64,000 nucleotides of DNA from an uncultured Chloroflexia bacterium (GCA_963697585.1 CAVOOO010000009.1:741248-805247); one strand, 5' to 3'; positions 38,355-48,215 are shown, counted from the stretch's first letter. Notes: generated by a model from the letters alone, not told the origin. A program made the numbers and translations.

Positions 38355-39025
38355 CAGCGCGCCCCCGCACCCACCGCGGCGGCGCCCGCCACCGCCAGCT
38401 CGACGACCCGGTCCACCCGGGAGAGCTCGGCCAGCATGTGGGTGACCACGACGATCGCCTTGCCGGCCGCCCGCCAGGCGTCCACGTGGTCCCAGAAGTT
38501 GACGTAGACGCCGCGGTCGAAGCCCTGGTACGGCTCGTCGAGCAGGAGCACCTCGGGGTCACCGAGCAGGGCGAGGGCCAGGTTCAGCTTCTGACGGGTC
38601 CCGCCGGAGAGCCGCTTGGTCAGCCTCCCCTCGGCGACCGGGTAGCCGAACTCCTCGAGAAGCCGCCGGCCGGTGGACACCGCGGCGGCGCGCCCGAGCC
38701 CGAGGGCGGCCCCGAAGTAGACGAGGTGCTCGTCGGCGGTCAGCAGATCCAGGAGGCCGGGCTCCTGGGGACAGAAGCCCACCCGGCCGGTGACGCGGAC
38801 CCTGCCGGCGTCCGGCACGATCAGCCCGGCGCAGATGCGCAGGAGGGTGCTCTTGCCGGCGCCGTTCTCACCCACCAGGCCCACGACCTCGCCGGATCGC
38901 GCCTCGAGGTCGACCCCATCGAGGACCAGCCGGCCGCCGAAGCTCTTGACGATGCCGGACGCCATCAGGGCCGGGGGGACCGGTAGCCAGAGCTGGGTGC
39001 CTCGCCCCTCCGCCACCACCGTCAC
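38354..39025 (-). CDS. ABC transporter ATP-binding protein
   Basis: Walker A GENGAGKS, signature LSGG, Walker B LLLDEP and H-loop VTH. Confidence 0.92.
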   Translation of the reverse strand: MTVVAEGRGTQLWLPVPPALMASGIVKSFGGRLVLDGVDLEARSGEVVGLVGENGAGKSTLLRICAGLIVPDAGRVRVTGRVGFCPQEPGLLDLLTADEHLVYFGAALGLGRAAAVSTGRRLLEEFGYPVAEGRLTKRLSGGTRQKLNLALALLGDPEVLLLDEPYQGFDRGVYVNFWDHVDAWRAAGKAIVVVTHMLAELSRVDRVVELAVAGAAAVGAGAR

Positions 39026-39268
39026 GCCGCCGACCTCCGTGGCCCGCCGATACCTCTGCCGGAGCGCTGGTCAGACCGCGGGGCAGCTCACATCAGGCTA
39101 GCAGCGGCTTCCTTTCAGCCACGTTGCGAAGCGGTTCCGGCTCGTCGACAGCATCACCCGCCGGCCCCACTCCCGCAGAACGCGTCGCCAGGGGGGACGA
39201 CGAGCCGGGGAAGCTCCGGAAGGGCGATCCCGAAGGGCCCGGTCAGGCCGATCGAGGCGGGCGGCCGG

Positions 39269-39994
39269 TCAGGCGGACCGCCGGGTCCTCAGCACGGCCA
39301 GCTGCTCCTCCTCGCCGCCGGTGCCCGCGTAGCGGAGCAGCTCGGGCGGCCTGCCCCCGGTGCCGGCGGGGCTTCGGAAACGGGCCACGCGGAGGCGGAG
39401 GGCGGCGACCTCGGAGTCCCGTACGGGCCTGAGCACCCCGCTGTCGCGCAGCTCCTGGACCCGGCGGCGGAAGGTGCGCTCGCTCCCCTCGGGGCCCCCG
39501 TGCAGAGCGATGTAGAGGCGGAGTAGGTCGTCGCCGGTGAACACCTCCCCGAGCAGGGCGACGGCGCCGGCGACATGCCGGAACTCGGAGCGAAGTCGGT
39601 CCAGGGCCGCCCGGAAGGCGGCCGTGTCGGCGGCGTCGAAGCGCATGCCGCGCCCGGCCACGCTCCACACCGCCGGGCGGGCAAGGTCCGCGTAGGGGAC
39701 GGTCGCGTAGTACCAGGCGGTCACCGCCCGGGACCGGCCGGTTCCCGGCTCATCGTCCACGCCGACCAGGTGGAGGCGGCCACGCCCCTTGCGGCCCGCC
39801 TCGAGCCGGATCCCCGCCTCCTCCACCGCCCGCGCGCCGGCCGCCTCGAAGGTCTCGCGGGCATCCAGCTCGGCCTTGGGCAGCCCCTGGCGCACGCTGA
39901 GGACGTGGAGGGCGCGGTTGGAGGCGGTGTCCGGGCTGGGATCGAATCCGAAGACAGCCACCGTCACCCCCAGGGCCGCCTGCGCCTTGGCCAT
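39269..39994 (-). CDS. NrtR-like regulator (degenerate Nudix + winged helix)
   Basis: V-x-VAVF strand, ET-x-E-x-A...EE-x-G Nudix remnant, and C-terminal FT-x-x-DL-x-x-LY...RTFRR...GGRPPEL-x-RY. Confidence 0.65.
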   Translation of the reverse strand: MAKAQAALGVTVAVFGFDPSPDTASNRALHVLSVRQGLPKAELDARETFEAAGARAVEEAGIRLEAGRKGRGRLHLVGVDDEPGTGRSRAVTAWYYATVPYADLARPAVWSVAGRGMRFDAADTAAFRAALDRLRSEFRHVAGAVALLGEVFTGDDLLRLYIALHGGPEGSERTFRRRVQELRDSGVLRPVRDSEVAALRLRVARFRSPAGTGGRPPELLRYAGTGGEEEQLAVLRTRRSA

Positions 39995-40167
39995 CGCCGA
40001 AGAACCTCCGTCGTTTCGGGCGATGATGACACGAACTTTCGGCCGCTGGGGCGTCTCGTCGCGGGTTCGTTGCGGGTGGCCGGATCGAGCCGATCGCGGA
40101 GCCCCGGCGGAGCCGCCGTGCAAGCGGCGCCCAGCCCCGGTCGCGACCCGGGAGCACGCCGGTGCGG

Positions 40168-40241
40168 TGGGCGGAGCAGGGCTCGAACCTGCGGCCTTCT
40201 CGGTGTAAGCGAGACGCGCTGACCAGCTGCGCCATCCGCCC
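40168..40241 (-). tRNA. tRNA-Val (anticodon TAC)
   Basis: Acceptor stem GGGCGGA/TCCGCCC, anticodon arm TCTCG-CTTACAC-CGAGA and T-loop GGTTCGAG. CCA is not encoded. Confidence 0.96.
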
Positions 40242-40251
40242 CGGCCCGACT

Positions 40252-40938
40252 CTAGAGGGTTCGGGCGGCCACCACCTCGCGAACCCCGCCCTGGTCGTCA
40301 CCCACCAGGACCAGATCGGTCATGCCGAGGAAGAGGCCGTGGCCGACCAGCCCGGGGATCGCGTCGAGGCGCCGCGCCAGGCCCTCGGGATCGGCGATGA
40401 CGTCGAAGTGGCCATCGCCGAGCAGGTTCCCCGAGTCGCTCACCTTGGGCGTGCCGGCGGCGTCCAGGCGGAGGCTGAAGGGCGCGCCACACGCCTCGAG
40501 CGCCGCCAGGGTGGCCTCCGCCCCGAATCGGAGGATCTCGACCGGCACCGGCCCGTGGAGCTCGGGTACCAGCTTGCCGGCATCGGCGACGACCACGAAG
40601 CGGCGGGCGGCCGCGGCCACCACCTTCTCTCGCACCTCGGCGCCCCAACCGCCCTTGACGAGCCGGAGCGCCGGGTCGACGAGATCGGCGCCGTCCACGG
40701 CGAGGTCGAGCCCGCGACCGTCGAGGTCGACGAGCTCGATGCCCAGCCCGGCGGCCAGAGTGGCGCTGGCCTCGGAGGAGGTCACCGCCTGGACCCGAAG
40801 GCCGGCCCGGACCGCCTCCCCCACCGCGACGATGAACCAGTGGGCGGTGGAGCCGGTGCCGAGCCCGATCCGCATCCCGTCGCGGACCAGCCGGGCTGCC
40901 GCCCGCCCCGCCGCCTCCTTGGCACGATCGGAGCTCAT
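40252..40938 (-). CDS. rpiA: Ribose-5-phosphate isomerase A
   Basis: Motifs GLGTGST, DGAD, KGG-x-GA-x-x-REK and PVEI. Confidence 0.93.
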   Translation of the reverse strand: MSSDRAKEAAGRAAARLVRDGMRIGLGTGSTAHWFIVAVGEAVRAGLRVQAVTSSEASATLAAGLGIELVDLDGRGLDLAVDGADLVDPALRLVKGGWGAEVREKVVAAAARRFVVVADAGKLVPELHGPVPVEILRFGAEATLAALEACGAPFSLRLDAAGTPKVSDSGNLLGDGHFDVIADPEGLARRLDAIPGLVGHGLFLGMTDLVLVGDDQGGVREVVAARTL

Positions 40939-40990
40939 GGCTCGGAGCCTAGCAGTCGCAGGGCGACGGCGGCGCCCGGCGGACCGGGCC

Positions 40991-41314
40991 TCAGGAGACC
41001 AGCCGGCCCTTCAGCCGCATCTCGTCCCGCCCCGGCAGACCGCCCAGGGGCTGGCGCATGAACCTCTCCTGGGCGGCGAAGACGGCCTCCACCATATCCG
41101 CGGGGGTCGCCTCCTGGCCCACGGCCACGCCCCGCCGGCGGAGCTGGGCGAGCACCCGGGGCGGCATCGGCTGACCCCGGAGATTCATCTCCTCGATCTC
41201 GATCAGCAGGCCGTCGAGCTCGCAGAGGATCTCTCGCCGTCGGGAGCGGTAGGTCTCGGTCTCAGGAGCCCACTGCAGCTGGTTCAGGACGCGGTTTCTG
41301 ACGAAGGTGGCCAT
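40991..41314 (-). CDS. Small helical hypothetical protein
   Basis: ATG with a GGGAG RBS, coherent codon bias and a structured leader upstream. Confidence 0.65.
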   Translation of the reverse strand: MATFVRNRVLNQLQWAPETETYRSRRREILCELDGLLIEIEEMNLRGQPMPPRVLAQLRRRGVAVGQEATPADMVEAVFAAQERFMRQPLGGLPGRDEMRLKGRLVS

Positions 41315-41610
41315 GACTGCTCCCTGGAACGCCCCCTGCCCGGTGTGGTGGGTTGTGGGGAAGGAGGATCCGAGTGGCCGGGCGTTCCAGCTTGCGATGG
41401 TATCCAAGCGAGCGGCGCTTGGCTAGTGGTTAATTGCCCTGCCGCGTGAACCCGTCAGGTTAGGCGACAACTCTCCGACCGCGCCGGCGCCCCGGCCGCC
41501 GGACCCGGGTGTGATCAGCGGAGCGATGCGGCCTCTGGTCGCGAGGCCACCCGGCGGGCGGCGCGGGACAGCCGAACCGAAGCTTGCCGGTGAGGGCCGG
41601 GATCGCCCGC

Positions 41611-42336
41611 TCAGGCGGCGGCAGCGACGGTCAGGCGCCGGAGGTCCGCATCCGCGTCGGAGAGCGAGGTCCCGAGCGCCTCCGCCAGGTCGGCGGCGAA
41701 CTCCTCGGCGACCGACTCCGGGGTGAGCCCCGCGACGCCCTCCCGAAGCATCGAGGTGGCGCCCGCGTCCGGGATCCCGCAGGGCACGATGTGATCGAAC
41801 CAGCCGAGATCGGTGGTGACGTTGAGGGCCACGCCGTGCTGGGTCACCCCGCCGGCCAGCTTCACACCGATGGCGGCCAGCTTCTCCCTCCCCACCCAGG
41901 CGCCGGTGAAACCCGGGCGGCGTGCCGCCTCGATGCCGTGGCGCCGGGCCGTGGCGATCAGCGCTCCCTCCAGGGCCCGGACGTAGGCGACGACGTCGCC
42001 GCGCTCCGGGTTCGCCGGGATGGGGAAGGCACCGGCCAGCCGGATGATCGGGTACCCGACCAGCTGGCCGGGCCCGTGAAAGGTCACCGAGCCGCCCCGA
42101 TCGACCTCGATGCACTCGGCCCCCAGGGCGCGGAGGGCCGCCGGCCCATCTCTCAGGTGGGCCGCCTGGGCGTTGCGTCCCACCGTGTAGACGGGCGGGT
42201 GCTCGAGGAGGAGGAGGCAGTCGCCGATCTCGCCGGCCGCCCGGGCCGCGGCCAGCGAACGCTGGAGCTGCCAGGCCTCGCGATAGGGGACGGTGCCCAG
42301 CCAGAGCCGGCGCAGGCCGCGGGAGCCGGACGTCAC
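41611..42336 (-). CDS. lipB: Lipoyl(octanoyl) transferase
   Basis: Motifs LLEHPPVYTVG, RGGSVTFHGPGQLVGY, KLAAIG, HGVALN and IVPCG. Confidence 0.94.
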   Translation of the reverse strand: MTSGSRGLRRLWLGTVPYREAWQLQRSLAAARAAGEIGDCLLLLEHPPVYTVGRNAQAAHLRDGPAALRALGAECIEVDRGGSVTFHGPGQLVGYPIIRLAGAFPIPANPERGDVVAYVRALEGALIATARRHGIEAARRPGFTGAWVGREKLAAIGVKLAGGVTQHGVALNVTTDLGWFDHIVPCGIPDAGATSMLREGVAGLTPESVAEEFAADLAEALGTSLSDADADLRRLTVAAAA

Positions 42337-42346
42337 CGCTCCCGCC

Positions 42347-43309
42347 TCAGACCGCCGCCGTCGCCGCCAGCACCTGGCCGGCGGCGTGGTAGCTCGATCG
42401 CACCAGCGGCCCGGACTCGACGTGGTCGAAGCCGAGGGCCAGCCCGTGCGCACGGAGGGCGGCGAACTCGTCCGGGTGCCAGAAGCGGATCAGCGGGTGG
42501 TGCTTGAGGGTGGGCCGGAGGTACTGGCCGATGGTGACGATCTCCACCCGGTGATCGCGCAGGTCGGCGAGCAGGCGGTGCACCTCGTCGACCTCCTCCC
42601 CCAGGCCGACCATCAGACCGCTCTTGGTCCTGGCCTCGGGCGCCATCTCCTTGGCGGCGCGGAGCACGGTGAGCGACCTGCGGTAGCCCGACTTCGGCCG
42701 CACCCGCGGGTAGAGGCGAGCGACCGTCTCCATGTTGTGGTTGAAGATCTCCGGCCTCTCCGCCAGCACCGTGCCGACCGCGTCAAGGTCGCCCTGGAAA
42801 TCGGGGGTGAGGACCTCGACGCTCGTGCCCGGCGACTGGCGGCGGATCTCCCGAATGGTGGCCGCGAAGATCGACGCCCCGCCATCCGCCAGGTCATCGC
42901 GGTCGACGGAGGTGACCACCGCGTGGCGCAGCCCCATCCGGGCCACCGCCTCGCCGACCCGGCGGGGCTCGTCGGTGTCGACGTCGCCGCCCCGCCGCCC
43001 GCTCTTCACCGCGCAGAAGGCGCAGGCCCGGGTGCAGGTGTCGCCCAGGATCATGAACGTGGCGGTGCCCGAGTTCCAGCACTCGCCGACGTTGGGACAG
43101 CGCGCCTCCTCGCAGACGGTGACCAGACGCTTCTCCCGCATCAGCGACGAGAGCTGGTCCACCCCCTGCCCCACCGGAGCCCGCACCGTGAGCCACGGCG
43201 GCCTCCGTTCCACCCCCTCGGGAAGGAGCCGCTGCCAGGTGGGTCGAGAGTCCAGCTGCGGAGGGAGTGGGTTCGGGGCTCCCACCGGCACGAGCGGGAT
43301 CTGCTTCAT
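42347..43309 (-). CDS. lipA: Lipoyl synthase
   Basis: CEEARCPNVGEC, radical-SAM CTRACAFC and C-terminal RSSY. Confidence 0.96.
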   Translation of the reverse strand: MKQIPLVPVGAPNPLPPQLDSRPTWQRLLPEGVERRPPWLTVRAPVGQGVDQLSSLMREKRLVTVCEEARCPNVGECWNSGTATFMILGDTCTRACAFCAVKSGRRGGDVDTDEPRRVGEAVARMGLRHAVVTSVDRDDLADGGASIFAATIREIRRQSPGTSVEVLTPDFQGDLDAVGTVLAERPEIFNHNMETVARLYPRVRPKSGYRRSLTVLRAAKEMAPEARTKSGLMVGLGEEVDEVHRLLADLRDHRVEIVTIGQYLRPTLKHHPLIRFWHPDEFAALRAHGLALGFDHVESGPLVRSSYHAAGQVLAATAAV

Positions 43310-43440
43310 GACCTCGTGCCACTCTAGCAGGCGCTCCCGGCGACGCTCGGCCCCGGTGCCGGGCGCGCCCGGCTGCTCAGCCCACCGGGCCACCGCCAGA
43401 CGCCGGCATCGCCCGGGTCAACGCTGCACAATCCTCTGTC

Positions 43441-45063
43441 ATGGCCACAGTCGAATCTCCTGTCAACGAGCCGATCCAGTCGTACGCGCCGGGCACCCCG
43501 GAGCGGCAGCGTCTCCAGCGCGCCCTCGCCGAGATCGAGACCTCGGCGCCCCTCGACCTGCCCATGCACATCGGGGGCCAGACCGTGGAGGGGACGGGCG
43601 GCAGCCTGCCGGTTCACGCCCCTCACCGGCACGACCAGGTGCTCGGGCGGGCCGGGCAGGCGACCGTCCCCGCCGTCGAGGGCGCGGTCAACGCCGCCCT
43701 CGAGGCGAGCCCCGAGTGGGCCAACGCCACCCTCGAGGAGCGGGCCTCCGTCTTCCTGCGCGCCGCCGATCTCCTCGCCGGCCCCTGGCGCGACCGGATG
43801 AACGCGGCCACCATCCTCGGCCAGAGCAAGTCCGTCTACCAGGCCGAGATCGATGCCGCCTGCGAGCTGATCGACTTCTGGAGATTCAACGTCCACTTCG
43901 CCTTCAAGCTCCGCGAGGAGCAGCCGGTGAGCTCCAGGGGGGTCTGGAATCGCACCGAGCTGCGCCCCCTCGAGGGGTACGTGGTCGCGATCACGCCCTT
44001 CAACTTCACCTCGATCTGCGGGAATCTCCCCACCGCGCCCGCCCTGATGGGGAACACCGTGGTCTGGAAGCCGTCGGTGACGTCGATGCTCGCCGCCAGC
44101 ACCATCATGGAGCTGCTCGAGGCGGCGGGCCTCCCCCCCGGGGTCATCAACATGGTCACCGGCCATGGCGGCGGGGTCCTCGACGCCGCCATCTCCCACC
44201 CGAGCCTGGCCGGGATCCATTTCACCGGCTCCACCGAGACCTTCCGGGGCCTCTGGCGGCAGGTGGCGGGAAGCCTCGGGACCTACCGGACCTACCCGCG
44301 GCTGGTCGGCGAGACCGGCGGCAAGGACTTCGTGATCGCCCACGAGAGCGCCTCCCCGGAGGCTCTGCTGGTCGGGCTGCTCCGCGGCGCCTTCGAGTAT
44401 CAGGGCCAGAAATGCTCGGCCTGCTCCCGCGCCTACATCCCGCGACGCCTCTGGGAGGAGCTGCGCGGGCCGCTGGCCCGGGAGACCGAGGCGATCCCGA
44501 TGGGCGACCCCACCGACTTCTCCAACTTCATGGGCGCCGTCATCGACGAGCGCGCCTTCCGCAAGCACGAGGCCGCCCTGCGGGACGCGGCCCGGGATCC
44601 CGAGCTCCATCTGATCGCCGGAGGCGAGTGCGACGACAGCACCGGCTGGTTCGTCCGGCCCACGATCATCGCCACCGACGATCCCCATCACGACCTGATG
44701 GAGCGGGAGCTGTTCGGTCCGATCCTCACCGTCTACCCGTACGACAGCGACTGGGAGACGGCGCTGGAGCTGGTCGACGAGACCTCGCCATACGGGCTGA
44801 CCGGGGCGATCTTCGCGACCGAGCGCCGGGCCATCAACACCGGGATGCGCGCCCTCCGCCACGCGGCCGGGAACTTCTACGTCAACGACAAGCCGACCGG
44901 CGCGGTGGTCGGCCAACAGCCCTTCGGCGGCGCCCGCCAGAGCGGCACCAACGACAAGGCCGGGTCGGCCCTCAACCTGCTGCGCTGGGCCTCGGCGCGC
45001 TCGCTCAAGGAGAACTTCGTGCCGGCCACCGACTGGCGCTACCCGCACATGGACACGGACTGA
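43441..45063 (+). CDS. pruA: L-glutamate gamma-semialdehyde (P5C) dehydrogenase
   Basis: Motifs PFNFT, FTGST, ETGGKD, EYQGQKCSA, ELFGP and QQPFGG...SGTNDKAG. Confidence 0.94.
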   Translation: MATVESPVNEPIQSYAPGTPERQRLQRALAEIETSAPLDLPMHIGGQTVEGTGGSLPVHAPHRHDQVLGRAGQATVPAVEGAVNAALEASPEWANATLEERASVFLRAADLLAGPWRDRMNAATILGQSKSVYQAEIDAACELIDFWRFNVHFAFKLREEQPVSSRGVWNRTELRPLEGYVVAITPFNFTSICGNLPTAPALMGNTVVWKPSVTSMLAASTIMELLEAAGLPPGVINMVTGHGGGVLDAAISHPSLAGIHFTGSTETFRGLWRQVAGSLGTYRTYPRLVGETGGKDFVIAHESASPEALLVGLLRGAFEYQGQKCSACSRAYIPRRLWEELRGPLARETEAIPMGDPTDFSNFMGAVIDERAFRKHEAALRDAARDPELHLIAGGECDDSTGWFVRPTIIATDDPHHDLMERELFGPILTVYPYDSDWETALELVDETSPYGLTGAIFATERRAINTGMRALRHAAGNFYVNDKPTGAVVGQQPFGGARQSGTNDKAGSALNLLRWASARSLKENFVPATDWRYPHMDTD

Positions 45064-45192
45064 CCCCGGATAGCGCGGGCGGGGGGAGGACACCCATCCG
45101 CTCCAGGACGGTTGTGGACATCGATGTCCACAACCCACTACGATGGGTGGTGCTCCCTTCCGGCACCTCCTGGAGGGTGCCTGCCGTGCCCC

Positions 45193-45741
45193 TCAGCGAC
45201 CTGCCAGGGAGCGGCGCACGTACTCGGCGAAGCTGGTGGGCGGCCGGCCCAGCAGCCAGCCCAGGACGTTGGGATTGCCCGTGATCCCATACCGTCCGTA
45301 ATGGGCGAAGAGGCGAACCATGGCGTCATGCCGCCAGTCGTCGTCCTCGGAGCGCAGATTGGCGGGGTCGCCCGCAGGGGCGCCGGGTGGGACCGGAGGG
45401 GCGCCGGGTCCGTCGGGGTGGGTGCCGCGCCCCTCGGAAGGCGTGCCGGCCATGAACGCGGCGGTCACCGGCACCTGCTGCGGGACGACGGATCGACCGG
45501 AGACCTCCTGGATGACGCCGGCGAGCCGGCGGGCATTGAGGTGGTCGCAGCCGCAGAGCTCATAGGTGGCATGGTGGTGCTGGGGATCGCCGACGACCAG
45601 CGCGGCCACCTCGGTCACGTCGTCGAGGTCCACATGCTGCAGCGGGGTATCGAGGTCGAAGGGTTGGACCATCACGCCGCTCTCCACCACCCGGCGCACG
45701 TCGATGTTCTGCGTGTAGTGGCGGCCACCAGTGCGGGCAGA
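45193..45741 (-). pseudogene. N-terminally truncated NmrA-family protein
   Basis: HYTQN...VDLDDVTEVAA...YELCG...GNPNVLGWLLGR-x-PTSF is the C-terminal half of an NmrA-like SDR. An in-frame stop at 45742-45744 lies where the Rossmann fold should be. Confidence 0.6.
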
Positions 45742-45849
45742 TCAGTGACCGCTCCCTCCGATCGAGGTGGCGATGAGGATCCCGACCAGCACCAGCAGCA
45801 CCACCATCAGGGCCAGGCCGAGATACCCGCGCCAGGTCCGGGCGTTCAC
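45742..45849 (-). CDS. Possible 35-aa single-TM microprotein
   Basis: (M)NARTWRGYLGLALMVVLLVLVGILIATSIGGSGH, with a GTGA overlap onto the stop of the upstream ORF. Confidence 0.45.
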   Translation of the reverse strand: MNARTWRGYLGLALMVVLLVLVGILIATSIGGSGH

Positions 45850-46286
45850 GAGCAGGGGACCTGGAGGGCGAGGCCGGTGGGTTGGGGTCCGTCGCTCGGC
45901 AGTAGTCCGCTGGGCAGGGTCACCACCGTGAAGCACCGGGGGGGCGGCGTGGCCGCTGGCGACACCATGGGCAGCGATGAGGTTGTCGAACCGATTGTTG
46001 GGAGGCCCATCATCACCCGCACCAGCAGAAGCGTGCACTGGAGCAGCCTCACCGCGAGCAGACCTTTCGGGCTCGCGACGAGGCGGATCGCGCGCGTCCC
46101 CGCGGTGCAGATCCTCGGCAACAGGAGCATGGCTGCGCCCGCCAGACCGAAAGCCAGAAGGTATAGCGGGATCGGCGAGCGCAGGGGGAAGAAGCTGGCG
46201 ACCACCAAACCGATCGGCACCAGAGTGACGCCCACGGCCACCGTCCCCCGCCGCGAGAACAGCTGACTTCGCACCGCCGCGGGCAC
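45846..46286 (-). CDS. Hypothetical membrane protein (possibly degraded)
   Basis: Three hydrophobic segments; codon bias is weaker than in the flanking genes. Confidence 0.4.
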   Translation of the reverse strand: MPAAVRSQLFSRRGTVAVGVTLVPIGLVVASFFPLRSPIPLYLLAFGLAGAAMLLLPRICTAGTRAIRLVASPKGLLAVRLLQCTLLLVRVMMGLPTIGSTTSSLPMVSPAATPPPRCFTVVTLPSGLLPSDGPQPTGLALQVPCS

Positions 46287-46289
46287 GGC

Positions 46290-46460
46290 TCAGCGCACAG
46301 CGGCGCTCGCGCCCAGCCCTTCCAAGTGCCTCCTGAGGTCCTGGGGTAAGGGGCTGGCCTGGAGATCGTCGTTGAGCCACCGGTCGAAGCTGAAGCCGAG
46401 GTTCATGATCGCGCGGAGGCAATCATGTCACCCCGGACGACCCCTCGTTAGAACACCGGG
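46290..46460 (-). pseudogene. Decayed duplicate of the 3' end of the E2 acyltransferase gene
   Basis: Translates as DMIA/RAIMNLGFSFDRWLNDDLQASPLPQDLRRHLEGL, versus E2 DMIAIRPIMNLGLSFDHRLNDGLQAARFLQDVRGQLEGL. Contains a 1-nt deletion and an in-frame stop. Confidence 0.8.
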
Positions 46461-46608
46461 TGGGTGCTGGAGATCTCCTGGCCGTCATCGTGGTGCAGAG
46501 CCAACGGCACGCGGCACCGTGGGCCGAGACCCGTCGACCGTCATCCCCGTGAGGCCCGGGCATGCCGACAGGATCCCCGTCCCCGGCGCTCGCCCGCGTG
46601 GGGCCGGG

Positions 46609-48153
46609 CTAGAGCAGGGTAGCGCCCTCGTCCAGCCCCTCGAGCTGACCCCTGACGTCCTGGAGGAAGCGCGCCGCCTGGAGGCCGTCGTTGAGACGGT
46701 GGTCGAAGCTCAGGCCCAGGTTCATGATCGGCCGGATGGCGATCATGTCGTCGACCACGACGGCCCGCTTGACCACCGCGTCCATGGTGAGGATCGCCGC
46801 CTGGGGCTGGTTGATGATCGCCTGGGTCATCACCGCCCCCAGGGCCCCGGTGTTGTTGAGGGTGAAGGTGCCGCCCTGGATCTCGTCCAGCTTCAGCCGG
46901 TTGGCGCGAGCGCGGTTGCCCAGGTCGGCCATCGCGTGGGCCAGGCCGGCGACGCTCAGCCGGTCGGCGTTGCGCAGCACCGGGACCACCAGGTTCTCCT
47001 CGAGGGCGACGGCGATGCCGAGGTGGATGTCGTGCTTGAGCACGAGCCCGGCATCGCTCCACTGGGCGTTGAAGGTCGGCCGCCGCTGCAGGGCCTCGAC
47101 CACCGCCCGGGCGACGAACGGCAGGTAGGTGAGCGAGATCCCGTACCGCTCCCTGAACGCCGCCTTGCTCCGCTCGCGCAGACGGACCACCCGGGCCATG
47201 TCGACCTCGACCATCAGCCAGGCGTGCGGCGAGGTCTGGCGACTGCGGACCATGTGGTCGGCGATGGCCCGCCGGATCGAGGTCATGGGCAGGAGCTGGT
47301 CGCCCTCCTCGGTGTCGGCGGACTGTGCCGGGAAGGCGGCGGACGGCGTCGGGGAGGGAGCGGGGGCGGGGATCGCGGGCGCTGCCGGGGCCGCGAAGCC
47401 CGCAGACGGGGAGGGTGGGGCGGCGAACGCCGCTGCCCCGGGGGCGAGCGCGACCGTGGCCGCCGCCGCTCCGGCGGCGCGGACGGCGGCGTCCCGCCGC
47501 TGCACGTACTCCAGCACGTCCTTCTTGGTCACCCGTCCGCCGATGCCGGAGCCGGCGACCTCGCCGACGTCGACGCCGTGCTCGCGGAGGAGCATCCGCA
47601 CCGCCGGCGTCACGTGACCGTGGCCCCCCGGCGCGGGAACGCCGGCGCCGTTGGTCCCGGGAGCGGCCGAGACGCCCGGGGAGGCCTCATGGGCGGCCGC
47701 GGGGAGCACCGCGGGCGCGGATCCGTACGAAGCCGCCCCGACGGGTTGGGAGGCGGTGACGGGCTCAGCGGCCGCGGCCGGCTGCGACACCGGGGTCGGC
47801 TGGGAGAGAGGGGCCGGCTCGGGGAAGGCGGCCCGGGACGGCGCCACCGCGGGGGCGGCGGGCTCGGTGGCTGGAGCGGCCGGTGCCATGGCCGGGGCGG
47901 CCGCGGCAGCCGCCGCGCCCTGCTCGATGGTGCAGATCGGCTGTCCGACGCTGATCACCGAGCCCTCGGGCGCGATGATCTCGCCGAAGGTGCCATCGGC
48001 GGGCGCCGGGATCTCGGCGTTGACCTTGTCGCTCGCCACCTCGGCGATCAACTCGTACCGGGCCACCGGCTCGCCGGGCTTCTTGAGCCAGCGGGCGATG
48101 GTCCCCTCGGTGACCGACTCCCCGAGCTGGGGCATGCTGACCGTCAGTGCCAC
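46609..48153 (-). CDS. 2-oxoacid dehydrogenase E2 (dihydrolipoamide acyltransferase), branched-chain type
   Basis: One lipoyl domain (SDKV), E3-binding GSGIGGRVTKKD and catalytic FDHR. Confidence 0.93.
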   Translation of the reverse strand: MALTVSMPQLGESVTEGTIARWLKKPGEPVARYELIAEVASDKVNAEIPAPADGTFGEIIAPEGSVISVGQPICTIEQGAAAAAAAPAMAPAAPATEPAAPAVAPSRAAFPEPAPLSQPTPVSQPAAAAEPVTASQPVGAASYGSAPAVLPAAAHEASPGVSAAPGTNGAGVPAPGGHGHVTPAVRMLLREHGVDVGEVAGSGIGGRVTKKDVLEYVQRRDAAVRAAGAAAATVALAPGAAAFAAPPSPSAGFAAPAAPAIPAPAPSPTPSAAFPAQSADTEEGDQLLPMTSIRRAIADHMVRSRQTSPHAWLMVEVDMARVVRLRERSKAAFRERYGISLTYLPFVARAVVEALQRRPTFNAQWSDAGLVLKHDIHLGIAVALEENLVVPVLRNADRLSVAGLAHAMADLGNRARANRLKLDEIQGGTFTLNNTGALGAVMTQAIINQPQAAILTMDAVVKRAVVVDDMIAIRPIMNLGLSFDHRLNDGLQAARFLQDVRGQLEGLDEGATLL

Positions 48154-48215
48154 GTGGGTGAGCTCCTCGCTACCGTCCTCAGTTGGATGCAGTGCTCCGG
48201 ATCGAGCGGATGGGA

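Noticed and set aside
39098-39154. 18-codon minus-strand ORF MLSTSRNRFATWLKGSRC upstream of the ABC genes, as a possible exported peptide
   Set aside because: It has no well-spaced RBS and overlaps the likely ABC promoter (TAGCCT), so support is insufficient.
40168-40241. tRNA-Val as an integration site for an island
   Set aside because: I saw no duplicated tRNA 3' end, integrase or phage genes in the window.
41446-41470. GAACCCGTCAGGT resembling SRP RNA or the c-di-AMP riboswitch 3' part
   Set aside because: It lacks the following CCGGAAGGAAGCAGC of SRP RNA and the other conserved ydaO segments.
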